Translations under genes and position numbers: made by a program
Notes under the pieces: generated by a model
Told to the model about the DNA's origin: nothing
What the model saw: only the letters and a program-made list of their open reading frames with translations
Database searches by the model: none
Assembly (NCBI GenBank): GCA_965116885.1
Contig: OZ220741.1
Coordinates: 2,208,001 to 2,272,000 of the forward strand
From: Candidatus Latescibacterota bacterium
GTDB taxonomy: Bacteria; Latescibacterota; UBA2968
Length of the DNA: 64,000 bases
Reading direction: 5' to 3'
Shown: one piece after another, positions 9,910 through 19,878 of the stretch
Layout: the number at the start of each line of letters is the position of its first letter
How positions within the stretch are numbered: position 1 is the first letter of the stretch

Positions 9910-11367
9910 GTGGCTGACGATTCTGTTTTTTCCGCCCAAACAGCGCGAGGGCTTGTACACGGCATTCGCAGAGGGGTGCATACAGCCCGCGAAATAACGG
10001 AAGAGATCCTCGCGCACATCCAAAATACAAATCCCGATATCAATGCCTTCATCACTATTGATGAAGAAGGCGCGCTCAAAGCAGCAGATGCTGTCGATCA
10101 AAAGGCCGCGGAGGATCAGGTCCTCGGCCCTCTCGCAGGTGTCCCGATTGCGCTGAAAGATGTGTTGTGTACCAAGGGGCTGCGCACGACCTGTGCTTCA
10201 AGAATTCTCGATAATTTTATCCCGCCTTATGACGCAACCGTTGTTTCCCGTCTGCGTCAAGCCGATGCAATTATCCTGGGCAAACTCAATATGGATGAGT
10301 TTGCCATGGGCTCTTCCAGCGAAAATTCCCATTTTGGTGCGGTCAAAAATCCACGCGATCAAACCCGCGTGACAGGCGGGTCCAGCGGTGGTTCTGCAGC
10401 TGCTGTTGCCGCCGGTCAGGCTCTTATGACCCTGGGGTCTGACACTGGGGGGTCTGTTCGTTTGCCCGCTTCTTTCTGCGGTGTGGTGGGGATTAAACCC
10501 ACTTATGGTCGCGTTTCTCGTTATGGCCTGATCGCTTATGCCTCTTCGCTTGACCAAATTGGCCCATTTGCGCGTACTGTCGAAGATGCGGCCACTCTGC
10601 TCGGCGTCATTGCCGGGCACGATCCCCGCGATTCTACTTCTGCCCATGTACCGGTGCCCGATTACCTTTTGGCCTGTCAAAGAGGCGTTGATGGTCTCAC
10701 CATTGGCTTGCCGACAGAGTTTTTCGGCGAGGGTCTGCAAGCCGATGTTCGCAATGCCGTTATGCAGGGGGTTGAAATTCTGGAAAAAAATGGCGCATCT
10801 ATTCGCGAGGTTTCGCTGCCTACTGCTGGACATCCCGCTTTTGCAATTGCCGCATATTATATTATCGCTACGGCTGAAGCGTCGTCCAATTTGTCGCGTT
10901 ACGATGGGGTGAAATACGGTTTCCGCGATGAGGCGGAAAGCCTGATTGATATGTATGTTCAAACGCGCAGCAAGGGTTTTGGCGCAGAGGTCAAGCGTCG
11001 CATTATGCTGGGGACTTATGCTCTGAGTGCGGGGTATTACGATGCGTATTACCGCAAGGCGCAACAGGTGCGTACGCTTATTCGTCGAGATTTTGACCGC
11101 GCGTTTGAATCCTGCGATCTCCTCGCTTCGCCCGTATCGCCTACTCCGGCGTTTAAGCTGGGTGAAAAACTCGACGATCCGCTTCAGATGTACCTTTCCG
11201 ATATTTATACCGTTTCTGTGAATCTCGCGGGTATTCCCGGTATTTCGGTGCCTTGTGGTACATCGACCGAAGGCTTGCCCGTGGGCTTGCAGTTGCTCGG
11301 CAATGCCTTTGCTGAAGAAACCATTTTGAGCGCGTCTGCGGTTGTTGAAAGAGAATTGGCGTTATGA
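9910..11367 (+). CDS. gatA: Asp/Glu-tRNA amidotransferase subunit A
   Basis: [50 protein letters not shown]. Confidence 0.97.
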   Translation: MADDSVFSAQTARGLVHGIRRGVHTAREITEEILAHIQNTNPDINAFITIDEEGALKAADAVDQKAAEDQVLGPLAGVPIALKDVLCTKGLRTTCASRILDNFIPPYDATVVSRLRQADAIILGKLNMDEFAMGSSSENSHFGAVKNPRDQTRVTGGSSGGSAAAVAAGQALMTLGSDTGGSVRLPASFCGVVGIKPTYGRVSRYGLIAYASSLDQIGPFARTVEDAATLLGVIAGHDPRDSTSAHVPVPDYLLACQRGVDGLTIGLPTEFFGEGLQADVRNAVMQGVEILEKNGASIREVSLPTAGHPAFAIAAYYIIATAEASSNLSRYDGVKYGFRDEAESLIDMYVQTRSKGFGAEVKRRIMLGTYALSAGYYDAYYRKAQQVRTLIRRDFDRAFESCDLLASPVSPTPAFKLGEKLDDPLQMYLSDIYTVSVNLAGIPGISVPCGTSTEGLPVGLQLLGNAFAEETILSASAVVERELAL

Positions 11368-12815
11368 CTTACGAATCCGTCATCGGCCTGGAAGTGCATG
11401 CCCAGCTTGCGACTGCTACTAAAATTTTTTGTGGATGTAGCGCCGAATTTGGCGCCGATCCCAATACCCATGTTTGTCCTGTGTGTTTGGGCTTGCCTGG
11501 CGCGCTTCCCGTGTTGAATCAAAATGTGGTTGAACTGGCGATGCACATTGCGCTTGCCGCGGGTTGTACCATTCAACCGCGTAGCCGTTTTTTGCGGAAG
11601 AATTATTTTTATCCCGATCTGCCCAAGGGGTATCAGATTTCGCAGTTTCAATCGAATGAAGAAATGCCCCTGGCTACTGGTGGAGGTGTTGACGTGCCCA
11701 CGGCTGATGGGGGTAGAAAGACCATTCGCCTTACGCGTATCCATATGGAAGAAGATGCTGGCAAGAGCATCCACCAGGAGGCTTTTGTGGCTGCCGGGGA
11801 GTCTCTCGTGGATGTCAATCGCTGTGGTGTGCCGCTTATCGAGATTGTGAGTGAGCCGGATCTCTCGACGTCGGAGGAAGCTTTTCACTATCTGACGAGT
11901 TTGCATCAGTTGCTGGTGTACACGGGTGTTTCTGAAGGCGATATGGAAAAAGGACATATGCGGATCGATGCCAATGTGTCGATTCGGCCCGTTGGAGAAA
12001 CCCGGCTCGGTACGAAGGTTGAGATCAAGAATGTCAATTCTTTTCGCAATTGCCAGCGTGCTATCGAGTCCGAGATTCAGCGGCAGATTGATTTGGTTGA
12101 GACCGGAGGTGAGATTGAGCAGGCGACTATGCTCTACGATCCCGATCGCAATATTTTGCGGGCTATGCGTACAAAAGAGGAATCGGACGATTATCGCTAT
12201 TTCCCCGATCCGGATCTGGTTCCCCTTGTCGTAGATGGTGCCTGGGTCAAGCGCGTTCAGAGCCAGATTCCAGAGTTGCCAGAGGACAAACGCGCGCGGT
12301 TTGCAGAGGTTTACGATATTTCTGCCGATCAGATTGATGTGCTTACCGCGGATCGAGATGTTGCCGATTATTTTGAAGCTGCTGTTGCGGCGGGTGTGCA
12401 GAGCAAGCTTGCGGCCAATTGGATACAGGGCGATGTGATGCGCGTTCTCAATGATCGGAAGATCGCGATTGGCGATTTGCGCGTTTCAGCCGAATCTCTC
12501 GCGGAGTTGATCGGTTTGATCGATAAGGGCGATATCAGCACCAGTATCGCGAGGACGGTTTTTGACGATATGGTCGAGACGGGGGATAGTCCATCAGCTA
12601 TTGTGGAGAAAAAGGGGCTTGTGCAGATTAGCGATGCGGGTGAACTCGATGGCGTGATCGATCAGATTATTGCTGATAATCCCGACGAGGTGGAACGGTT
12701 TAAAGGCGGGGACCAGAAGCTTATGGGGTTCTTTATGGGGCAGCTTATGAGAGCTACAAAAGGTCAGGCGAATCCCCAAAAAGCCAGTCAGTTGTTGCGG
12801 GAGAAATTGAGTTGA
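11364..12815 (+). CDS. gatB: Asp/Glu-tRNA amidotransferase subunit B
   Basis: [39 protein letters not shown]. Confidence 0.97.
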   Translation: MTYESVIGLEVHAQLATATKIFCGCSAEFGADPNTHVCPVCLGLPGALPVLNQNVVELAMHIALAAGCTIQPRSRFLRKNYFYPDLPKGYQISQFQSNEEMPLATGGGVDVPTADGGRKTIRLTRIHMEEDAGKSIHQEAFVAAGESLVDVNRCGVPLIEIVSEPDLSTSEEAFHYLTSLHQLLVYTGVSEGDMEKGHMRIDANVSIRPVGETRLGTKVEIKNVNSFRNCQRAIESEIQRQIDLVETGGEIEQATMLYDPDRNILRAMRTKEESDDYRYFPDPDLVPLVVDGAWVKRVQSQIPELPEDKRARFAEVYDISADQIDVLTADRDVADYFEAAVAAGVQSKLAANWIQGDVMRVLNDRKIAIGDLRVSAESLAELIGLIDKGDISTSIARTVFDDMVETGDSPSAIVEKKGLVQISDAGELDGVIDQIIADNPDEVERFKGGDQKLMGFFMGQLMRATKGQANPQKASQLLREKLS

Positions 12816-12841
12816 TGTAAATCGAAGAAAGGTATTAAAAA

Positions 12842-13087
12842 ATGACTACTTCAAATGTCTCGGCAGATGCTACAAAAGTTGCAGATTTAACAATTGATGA
12901 GTTTAGAGAGCTCGTGCAGGAAGTTGTCATACAAACGCTCTCAGAAATGATGAGCGATCCGGATGAAGGGCTGGAATTGCGCGATGACTTCGTCGAAGAA
13001 CTTGAGCAATCCATTGCTGATGTGAAAGCTGGTGGCAAAACTGTGCCTGCACAGAAAGTCGCTGAAGAACTGGGGCTGACCTGGTGA
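12842..13087 (+). CDS. Putative antitoxin of the RelE-family toxin
   Basis: Small acidic protein (DPDEGLELRDDF) whose stop overlaps the toxin start. Confidence 0.75.
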   Translation: MTTSNVSADATKVADLTIDEFRELVQEVVIQTLSEMMSDPDEGLELRDDFVEELEQSIADVKAGGKTVPAQKVAEELGLTW

Positions 13088-13347
13088 TGTATGAGGTAGA
13101 ATTTACGTCCAATGCCGAATCCGATTTAGGCCGTTTGGATGCGCCAATAGCACAGCGAGTGCTTACAAGACTGCGATGGTTAGCCGAGAATTTTGATGCG
13201 ATTAGACCCGAAGCGCTTAGGGGAAATTGGAGGGGTATGTTCAAGTTGCGAGTTGGCGATTATCGCGTACTCTATACCTTTAATCGGACAAAACGAGAGA
13301 TTGTTGTTCACTATGCCAGACATCGTCGTGAAGTGTACAGAGATTAG
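13084..13347 (+). CDS. Type II toxin, RelE/ParE family
   Basis: YEVEFTSNAESDL..LRGNWRGMFKLRVGDYRVLY..HRREVY. Confidence 0.92.
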   Translation: MMYEVEFTSNAESDLGRLDAPIAQRVLTRLRWLAENFDAIRPEALRGNWRGMFKLRVGDYRVLYTFNRTKREIVVHYARHRREVYRD

Positions 13348-13384
13348 ATGATGGCTGATGAGTTGTTCACTAAAATGGGTCAAG

Positions 13385-13475
13385 TCCAGCTTGTATAGTC
13401 GGCGGCGACTGCTGATCGCACAATCTCTGCTGAAGCTACGAGAATCCCAATGCTTCAGCTTTGGGAGTATGTCAA
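13385..13475 (+). ncRNA. Orphan TnpB omegaRNA-like scaffold / IS200/IS605 right end (no tnpB, no left end)
   Basis: GAAT guide, CCCAA..TTCA..TTGGG hairpin, AGTATGTCAA end; upstream CTTGTA pairs with TACGAG around a TGAAG bulge; 5' boundary uncertain. Confidence 0.7.
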
Positions 13476-15040
13476 ATCAGCGTGTTCACGTTATTCTCGG
13501 GCCTGGTATAGTCGATAAACTCAGTCGGATTTGTTCCATTGAGGTATTCCTCAATGTTGGTGTATCCGTCGTTGTCCTTGTCCTTTGAGGTGTTGGCAGC
13601 GTCATGCGGATCAAACCCGTATCTCTTTTCCCATTCGTCTGGCATACCGTCCGCATCACTGTCAAGCGGGGCAGGCAGACTTTTGAGTTCGGGCCACCCA
13701 CCAACATCTGCCTGTGAATCAATAATACCGCATTTTTTTGATTCATTGGGTACGCGGTTATTCTTCTCGTATGTTCCGCCTTCATAAGTGGCATAGCCAT
13801 TACGGGTTTCGTCAATAATGCGTGTATCCACTGCATCGCGTTTGGGCAGTGAGGCGCCTGCATTCTCAAGAACAGCGTGATAGGCATCTTCAGCCGTTTG
13901 CTGGTTGATAGGTATAGCGTCAAAAGGTCGGTCGAGTTTTAATTTTGGAATATGCGAACTTCCGTCCTCAGGCTGCACGCCACCATCCCAGTTATTCGCA
14001 GTAACTGCGGAATTGCCATGAACTACATTATCGGCAACATACCATTTGCCGAAACCATCTGCTGAATCATTAGATGTAGGATTAACAATGCGGTACGTCA
14101 CCTCACTTGAACGGGTTGCAGGTCCCGGCTTGTAGTAATTGGCTACCATGTTGACTACGGTAAAGTTAAACTTCTCATTGCCTGCCTGTTGTTTCTCACC
14201 ACCATAGGCACTGTTATAACCCCAGTTGTACACCACGTTATTTCTGAAATCGTTATATCCGCAACCAGAAGCAAAACGCGGATTCCGGCTGGTGTGGTGT
14301 GCCAGCAGGTTGTGATGGTACGTGCTGCGGTTTGATCCCCATATTCCCCCGAACCCATGGGTGCCTTTAACATGGCCAGCATCGTACAAACTTTCCGATA
14401 TCAGACACCATTGAATGGTTACATTTTCGCAATGGTAAATAGACACCGTTTCATCAATGCTCCAACTCGCTGACACATGATCGAGGATAATGTTCTTGTG
14501 ATACCTGCTGGATATGGCATCTGAGTCATCGCCGGTTTCATCTCCCAATCTTACCCTTATATACCTGATAATAACTTCGCTGGTATTAATTGAGAGCGGG
14601 TATCTCCTGATGCAAATCCCATCACCTGGGGCAGTTTGTCCGGCGATGGTGATGTACGGGTTGGAGATTCTTAAACGCTTTTCAAGGGTAATCGTCCCCG
14701 AAACTCCGAACACGACGATACGTGGTCCTTCAGTTTCGCATGCCTCGCGCAAGCTGCCTGGTCCAGAGTCGTTCAGATTCGTTACAATGATGACTTTTCC
14801 ACCTCTACCTCCGCGCGTCATTGCGCCATAACCTTCGGCACCCGGAAATGCTGGAATAGATGGAATGTCTTCTGCATATACATTCGGAATCAGTGCGAGA
14901 ATACCAATACACACAAAAAGCAAATAGATGTGCAGAAGTATCGGCTGGCAAACATAGATTCGGTGATTGGTGTCAGTGGGGACGTGAAATGTATCTAACG
15001 TGGGTTCCGTAGTTGAAGGGTTACGTTCTATGACAGACAT
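13472..15040 (-). CDS. Secreted pectate lyase (PL1-like) with C-terminal Asp-rich Ca-binding repeats
   Basis: AFPGAEGYG..TRGGRGG, ITIAGQTAPGDG, ILDHVSASWSIDE, RNPRF, DSDADGMPDEWE, DNDGYTNIEEYLNG; RBS AAGGAG. Confidence 0.9.
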   Translation of the reverse strand: MSVIERNPSTTEPTLDTFHVPTDTNHRIYVCQPILLHIYLLFVCIGILALIPNVYAEDIPSIPAFPGAEGYGAMTRGGRGGKVIIVTNLNDSGPGSLREACETEGPRIVVFGVSGTITLEKRLRISNPYITIAGQTAPGDGICIRRYPLSINTSEVIIRYIRVRLGDETGDDSDAISSRYHKNIILDHVSASWSIDETVSIYHCENVTIQWCLISESLYDAGHVKGTHGFGGIWGSNRSTYHHNLLAHHTSRNPRFASGCGYNDFRNNVVYNWGYNSAYGGEKQQAGNEKFNFTVVNMVANYYKPGPATRSSEVTYRIVNPTSNDSADGFGKWYVADNVVHGNSAVTANNWDGGVQPEDGSSHIPKLKLDRPFDAIPINQQTAEDAYHAVLENAGASLPKRDAVDTRIIDETRNGYATYEGGTYEKNNRVPNESKKCGIIDSQADVGGWPELKSLPAPLDSDADGMPDEWEKRYGFDPHDAANTSKDKDNDGYTNIEEYLNGTNPTEFIDYTRPENNVNTLI

Positions 15041-15229
15041 GATGCTCCTTTATGATCTTGTTTTTTGGTACAAAAAATCCGGATTTTTATCTGCAAAGCC
15101 CGTAAAACCCAAGTCCTTCAGGCTTGGGATATCAGGGCTTACGATTTTATGGTGTGGTGCTTTAGCATGGCGGCACAATCCTCAAGGGATTGTGGGCAGT
15201 GCATCAACAAGATTTATTCCATATTTCAC

Positions 15230-15258
15230 TTGACATAAATAGCACATAAATATATATT
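15230..15258 (+). promoter_or_regulatory. Promoter of tnpB (probably leaderless transcript)
   Basis: TTGACA-N17-TATATT ending 6 nt before the ATG at 15265; no SD. Confidence 0.7.
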
Positions 15259-15264
15259 TTTATT

Positions 15265-16389
15265 ATGGTTAAATCATTCAAATACAGATTGCGACCGACC
15301 AAAAAGCAAGAACAAATCTTGCTGGCGCATATTGATAAATGTCGTATTCTGTATAACCAACTACTCTGTGCGAGAATACAAGCATGGAAAAATGAGAATA
15401 AGTCTCTCTCGCAATATGACCAGACCAAAACAATACCATTGCTAAAACAACAACACGCCGCTTTCAAGCACGTATATAGTCAAGTGTTGCAACAAGTATC
15501 ACAGAGAGTAGATTTGGCATTCAAAGGATTCTTTCGGCGTCTCAAAGAGAAGTCAAAGACAGGCGAGAAAGCGGGTTTTCCCAGATACAAGAATGAGAAT
15601 CGCTATGATTCTATCACCTACCCTCAGTTTGCCAATGGATGTAGGTTGGACAACAAGGGCTTGCGATTGGGCAGTATTGGTTGCATTCGCATTGTCCAGC
15701 ACAGGTCACTTGAGGGTATCCCTAAGTCTTGCACAATCACGCGCACAGCAACAGGCAAATGGTTTGTATCTATCTCTTGCGATATTGGCGAAAAAGATAA
15801 GAAACCAAACACTAACTCTGCTGTTGGCATTGACGTGGGTCTCTATTCCTTTGCTGTGACCAGTGACGGACAGAAAATAGAGAATCAGAGATTCTTTCGC
15901 AAAGAGGAAAAAACGCTTGCCAAAGCACAGCGCAAATGGGACAAAGTGAAAAAAAGACCCAAGACCGACGCCGTAAGAGAAAAGCGTCGTAAAGTCATTG
16001 GTAGAGTGCATGAGCGTATCCGTAATAAACGACATAACTTTGCACACCAAGAGTCAAGGAAAATGGTCAATCGTCACAATTTCATAGCCGTCGAGAAATT
16101 GGACGTTCAAGAAATGCAAAAGAACAGACGATTGGCTAAATCAATATCAGACGTAGCGTGGTCCCTGTTTCGGCACTGTCTCAAATACAAAGCGGAAGAA
16201 GCTGGTATAGGATTCAAAGCCGTCAAGCCTGACTATACGTCACAAGATTGCTCTGCATGCGGACATAGAGAGAAAAAGACACTCTCAGATCGTGTGCATC
16301 ATTGCAAGGCGTGTGGCTATAAGACGGACAGAGACCACAATGCTGCGATAAACATATTGACGTTGGGGCTACAACGTCAGGCGGATTGA
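15265..16389 (+). CDS. tnpB: RNA-guided endonuclease TnpB
   Basis: FKYRLRPT N-terminus, RuvC D (VGIDVG), E (IAVEKL), D (DRDHNAAINI), Zn finger CSAC/CKAC. Confidence 0.96.
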   Translation: MVKSFKYRLRPTKKQEQILLAHIDKCRILYNQLLCARIQAWKNENKSLSQYDQTKTIPLLKQQHAAFKHVYSQVLQQVSQRVDLAFKGFFRRLKEKSKTGEKAGFPRYKNENRYDSITYPQFANGCRLDNKGLRLGSIGCIRIVQHRSLEGIPKSCTITRTATGKWFVSISCDIGEKDKKPNTNSAVGIDVGLYSFAVTSDGQKIENQRFFRKEEKTLAKAQRKWDKVKKRPKTDAVREKRRKVIGRVHERIRNKRHNFAHQESRKMVNRHNFIAVEKLDVQEMQKNRRLAKSISDVAWSLFRHCLKYKAEEAGIGFKAVKPDYTSQDCSACGHREKKTLSDRVHHCKACGYKTDRDHNAAINILTLGLQRQAD

Positions 16390-16446
16390 CCGCCAAGAAG
16401 CCCAACTGCTTCAGCGTTGGGAGTAGTCACACCTTTTTACGAAGTA
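16358..16446 (+). ncRNA. TnpB omegaRNA (scaffold to 16430, guide from 16431)
   Basis: Hairpins TGACGTTG/CAACGTCA and GGCGG/CCGCC; loop GGGCT can pseudoknot with AGCCC; right-end hairpin; TCAC end. Confidence 0.75.
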
Positions 16447-16455
16447 TGACAATCC

Positions 16456-17814
16456 CTAACCTCGCAACCAGGCGCCTTCTGTGAATCTCTCGCCTAATCG
16501 ATTGCTAAGTTTTGTTGCGATATCTGGATTTTCACGGGCGATATTGTTCAGTTCATCTGGATCATTTTTTAGGTCGTAAAGCTCATTGATATCGTTTTGG
16601 TTTTCGATCAGTTTGTGTGTTTTCGTGCGGATCAACCTGAAATTGCGAATTTGGCTGACCGATTCTGTGCGGTGATCATCCGTCTCGCCTCTTAAAACGG
16701 GTCCCAGTGACTGCGCGTCGATATTTTCCTGTGGTGGCAATCCGGCCCATTCGCAGATTGTCGCGTTGGTATCGATCAATTCTACCGGTTCATCCGACAC
16801 CCTGCCCCCTTCAATACCAGGTCCAGCCACGATAAGCGGCACGCGCAACGATGCCTCATAGGGCACGCTCTTGCCATAAAGCCCGTGATCGCCGAGCATT
16901 TCACCGTGGTCGCTGGCAAAAATAATGTACGTGTTGTCCATCATGCCCCGCTTTTCAACCGCGTCTAATATTTCGCCAATTTGAGCGTCAATTAACTCGA
17001 TATATGCACAATATTGCCGTCGCGTCTTTAGAATCTCAGCCTCGGTCAGACCTTTTCTGCTGCTTTCGACATTTCTGGGTTTACCTTTGCTTGTTGCTGG
17101 AATCGGAGCTGGCATTTCGGCATTGCGATATCGATCTGCATATTCAGTCGGCGGATCAAATGGGCTGTGTGGCCCCACAAAACTCACAAACAAATGCCAG
17201 GGGAAATCGTCTGGTATGTCTTCGATCCACTGTACAGATCGCTGTCCGATGTACGTATCTGCAAATGCTTCTGTTGGGAGTATCGAATCGTGACTTGTTC
17301 TGGGGCCACTTCGCGCTGAATAATCATCGACAAACGCATCGAGTAATCCTTTTTCTTTTAAAAAATGATTGTAGGGTCCCTGGGGAATTCTGCCCCTGCC
17401 AGCATGGCTTTTGCCTTCGACTTCAACGGGATGCGTGAACCCCCACATATACGTAGCTGGCCTATCTCCGTCGCGTCCGTTGTACCCATCGGGTTTTGCC
17501 AGATCCAGTTTGCCCACGCAGCCTACGTAGTAATTGTGATCGCGTAGCCGTTGGTAATACGTTGTGGCTGTGCGCGGCAGAAAGTTGTTGTTACCCAGTG
17601 CTCCCAGGCGAACGGGTTGCAGGCCGGATGCGACCACAATGCGAGATGGCGCGCAAACCGGACAATTTGTTATACATTGTGTAAACTGAATGCCGCGCTC
17701 GGCCAGCCGGTCCAGATTGGGTGTTTTGACAAAATCAGCGCCCATTGATCCCAGATAATCCCATCGGTGCTGGTCGTCCATGATATAGAGAATATTCGGT
17801 CGATTTTGAGACAT
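16456..17814 (-). CDS. Sulfatase (Cys-type, choline-sulfatase-like)
   Basis: RPNILYIMDDQHR, CAPSR motif, GPHSPFD, SDHGEMLG. Confidence 0.93.
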   Translation of the reverse strand: MSQNRPNILYIMDDQHRWDYLGSMGADFVKTPNLDRLAERGIQFTQCITNCPVCAPSRIVVASGLQPVRLGALGNNNFLPRTATTYYQRLRDHNYYVGCVGKLDLAKPDGYNGRDGDRPATYMWGFTHPVEVEGKSHAGRGRIPQGPYNHFLKEKGLLDAFVDDYSARSGPRTSHDSILPTEAFADTYIGQRSVQWIEDIPDDFPWHLFVSFVGPHSPFDPPTEYADRYRNAEMPAPIPATSKGKPRNVESSRKGLTEAEILKTRRQYCAYIELIDAQIGEILDAVEKRGMMDNTYIIFASDHGEMLGDHGLYGKSVPYEASLRVPLIVAGPGIEGGRVSDEPVELIDTNATICEWAGLPPQENIDAQSLGPVLRGETDDHRTESVSQIRNFRLIRTKTHKLIENQNDINELYDLKNDPDELNNIARENPDIATKLSNRLGERFTEGAWLRG

Positions 17815-17840
17815 AGGTTCTCCATTCTTTGATGTTGTTG

Positions 17841-19754
17841 TCAGGGGTTGTTAAATTTTGATACGGTATCCAGGCTAAGGCCTCCGCGGATGAATGTTTC
17901 CCAACTGTGTACGGGGAGTTCTTTCAAGATATTCAGGAGATTTTCCCGGTTGATTTGAGAAACTTCATCCGGGCTCAAGTTGACCAGGCGAATCAGCGCG
18001 TCCATGGCGAATCCGACGTCGATGACATTTTTGTCCGTTCGGATGATGTCTTTTAAGGTTTCGATTGTTGGCTCAAGTGTATTGCCGAGGATTTTGGTGC
18101 CGTGGGAACAGAGGATGACGATGGACCACAGGGCGTTTTCCCGGACGGCAGAGCGAACAGGCTCATAGCGGTCGAGGCCAAAATCGACGCCACCGCCTTC
18201 GCAGACGTCGCAGTCGTCGGTTGGGCGAACAAATTTGATGCTTCGTTTTTGTGCTTTGTCCATGCCAGGGCGGTTTTCTTCGCGGCTGAGGCTTTGCAAG
18301 AGCGCATCGATGCAAGCGGGGATCAGGTCAGTGCCTGTGCCGGTAGCCACTGCACGGCGACCCAAACAGCCCAGGGTTCCCGCGGCTACAGAGCGGACAT
18401 AGACAGAGGAGTCGTTGTGTAAGCGGGTGGTAACTGCGTTCAGCACGTTCTTTGTGAGATGGCTGGCGTCGCCCAGGCCATAGACGCCTGCTTTGCGAAT
18501 CCATTTGATGGGCGATTGGGTTGCTTCGATGAGTGTGTCTGTCGCGTCTGGTCCCACGGCGATCAGGCCATAAGTGGCTGCGCGTCGCACATTTTCGCGG
18601 TCGGTATAGAGCGCGCGTCCGAGAAATTTGGTGGCCAATGCCGGGTCGCCAATTGAGGCGAGTTTGTAAGCTGCCCCAATTCGAGCGGGTTCAGCTTCGT
18701 CATATTTGGCGTGGAGTTGTTCGAATAGGGCCTGGGCTTCGCGCTCTTTTTTTGGGGGCGAAGCAGATTCTGATTCGGGACGCGGTGGCGGTGCCTGGCC
18801 GGTTTTGATCCAGTGATGATGATAGCGCCACACTTCGGTGGCATCGTCTGGTGCTTCGGAGAGGTTGACGCTGGTGATGGGATCGATGCCGAGGTCGTTC
18901 ATTGGTACAAGGGTTGTTGACCCGTTGGGTGATGGATCGGTGGTGCGGTAGAGCCAGAAGCGCCACATAAAGCGCGGGTTGTCGTCCCAGGTGCGCCAGT
19001 CATCGCGCCGATGGTTGCCTCTGTGGAAGGTGTTGTGCGAGTAGATGATTACGCTGCCTGCACGGAGTGGTCCTGCTTCAAAGGGGAGTACGAGAGGCCA
19101 TTGTGTGTTGGTGACGGCATCGCGCATGCGAATGTCGTGGGCGGTGCGCTGGTTGACGATGTCTTCGATGTCGTATTTGGATTGGGGACCACTGACGTGT
19201 TCGCTTTGCATGTCGAAGAAGTAGGCAAAATCGAGGTGGTCTGCGCCCGCAAAGTTGTCGTGGTTTTCTTCGTGGTTAAAGGTCCAATATTGTGAGTAGG
19301 GGATGGTTGCTGTGGGCCCCATTTCTGCGGTGACATCTTGAGGATAGTACAGCATTTCCAGTTGGATGGCCTGATGGTGGCGCTGTTTTCGGCTGTTGTA
19401 GGGACCGTTGTCGTCTTTGTGCCAGTGTTGATCTCTGGGTCCACTGGTAAAGACTGCGTTGTGGGTAAAGGGGACGATGGCCCAGTTTTTACCTGCGAGC
19501 TGGTCGCAGGCTGAGACGAGGCCGGGTGCGTTGAGGACTTCGAGTACGTCGGGGATGATGCCTGTTGTGACGCGTTTTTTTTCGCTTAAAGCCTTTTTTT
19601 CGCGGTCGTAAACGCGTTTGTGGATTTCGGCGGGGATGCCCAGGTCTTCGGGGGCGAGTATGACTATGCCCCGGCTTGCAAAATCTGTGACCAGACGGTC
19701 GGGTGTGGTATATGTGAGGGGGGTAAAATCAGATGTTCGGGCGCGGGAACTCAT
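17841..19754 (-). CDS. PhyH-like Fe(II)/2OG dioxygenase domain fused to HEAT repeats
   Basis: QHWHKD..YYPQDV..MGPT..HNTFHRG; C-terminal repeats VRRAATYGL, IRKAGVYGLG, VRSVAAGTLG, VRENALWSI. Confidence 0.8.
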   Translation of the reverse strand: MSSRARTSDFTPLTYTTPDRLVTDFASRGIVILAPEDLGIPAEIHKRVYDREKKALSEKKRVTTGIIPDVLEVLNAPGLVSACDQLAGKNWAIVPFTHNAVFTSGPRDQHWHKDDNGPYNSRKQRHHQAIQLEMLYYPQDVTAEMGPTATIPYSQYWTFNHEENHDNFAGADHLDFAYFFDMQSEHVSGPQSKYDIEDIVNQRTAHDIRMRDAVTNTQWPLVLPFEAGPLRAGSVIIYSHNTFHRGNHRRDDWRTWDDNPRFMWRFWLYRTTDPSPNGSTTLVPMNDLGIDPITSVNLSEAPDDATEVWRYHHHWIKTGQAPPPRPESESASPPKKEREAQALFEQLHAKYDEAEPARIGAAYKLASIGDPALATKFLGRALYTDRENVRRAATYGLIAVGPDATDTLIEATQSPIKWIRKAGVYGLGDASHLTKNVLNAVTTRLHNDSSVYVRSVAAGTLGCLGRRAVATGTGTDLIPACIDALLQSLSREENRPGMDKAQKRSIKFVRPTDDCDVCEGGGVDFGLDRYEPVRSAVRENALWSIVILCSHGTKILGNTLEPTIETLKDIIRTDKNVIDVGFAMDALIRLVNLSPDEVSQINRENLLNILKELPVHSWETFIRGGLSLDTVSKFNNP

Positions 19755-19878
19755 GTTTCAGGTTCTCCTTTGGGGTTGAGAGAAATTTGATTTTTAGATC
19801 ATTTTCCGGTACTATGTCTATTGGCTTTGTTATGATACAAAAATTTTATGTCTGGGTAAACAGGGTATCAACTCTTAT

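Larger units (their letters stand above)
15091..16430 (+). mobile_element. IS200/IS605-family tnpB-only (IS1341-like) element
   Basis: Left-end hairpin CCCAAG-TCCTTCAGG-CTTGGG preceded by AAAA guide, with TTTAT at 15086-15090; right end GAAG-CCCAAC..GTTGGG-AGTAGTCAC; no tnpA. Confidence 0.85.

Noticed and set aside
15130..15229. tnpA remnant in the left-end region
   Set aside because: No HUH-like coding signal recognized; only a small hairpin CACAATCC/GGATTGTG
15265..16389. TnpB as a dead TldR regulator or Cas12f
   Set aside because: RuvC residues are intact, IS ends are present and there is no CRISPR array
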